A stretch of DNA of 46,632 nucleotides, from assembly GCA_029210695.1 (NCBI GenBank), contig JARGFH010000028.1:1-46632 (forward strand), written 5' to 3'. Positions 46,557 to 46,632 of this stretch are shown here, piece after piece; position 1 is the first letter of the stretch, and every line of letters starts with the position of its first letter. This DNA is from Acidimicrobiia bacterium. Lineage in GTDB: Bacteria; Actinomycetota; Acidimicrobiia; Spongiisociales; JAHEDJ01. A program made the position numbers and the translations under genes. The notes beneath the pieces are model-generated. The model was not told the DNA's origin and made no database searches. It was given only the letters and a program-made list of their open reading frames with translations.

Positions 46557-46632
46557 TTAGCCTGGATCCACCGATTCGGTTGGCTGGTGGTGGTTTTGGG
46601 GGTTGAATCGGGGTCGGGTGGGCCGGATTGTG
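46556..46632. mobile_element. Possible insertion-sequence end (IS1380-like)
   Basis: Coding similarity ends at CTTAG/CCTGGATCCACCGA, followed by a G/T-rich non-coding tract up to the window edge. Family resemblance is from memory only. Confidence 0.35.

Overview
GC-rich bacterial chromosomal window. Gene content, tRNA organisation and frequent leaderless starts suggest Actinomycetota, probably Acidimicrobiia (inference). It is mostly metabolic and housekeeping DNA. From left to right: a NifU-N protein; a hydantoinase/oxoprolinase A+B pair with a coupled orphan; glcDEF with a coupled membrane protein; a GNAT; argS; a Rieske/FMN glutamate-synthase-like fusion; a fused E1 alpha-beta 2-oxoacid dehydrogenase with Leu/Val dehydrogenase; an EamA transporter; a large lipoprotein; tRNA-Phe and tRNA-Asp; an MDR oxidoreductase; a thioesterase; a REP/tandem-repeat cluster; TPP-riboswitch-controlled thiBPQ; fdhD; alaX; USP; dodecin; acyl-CoA dehydrogenase; glpD; a HAMP adenylate cyclase; gnd-zwf-phosphatase-pgi-nnrE; and gene debris with a possible IS end at the right edge. 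I found no CRISPR, prophage or defence system. The best leads are (1) a lipoprotein with a clan-CD (caspase/CHAT/gingipain-like) His-Cys dyad beside tRNA-Phe, (2) a pentose-phosphate operon whose two dehydrogenases both look NAD-shifted and which carries an Shb17-like phosphatase, (3) an adenylate cyclase with a His-rich extracellular sensor, and (4) a Rieske-GltS gene bracketed by related palindromes. All calls come from reading motifs by eye; no searches were run.
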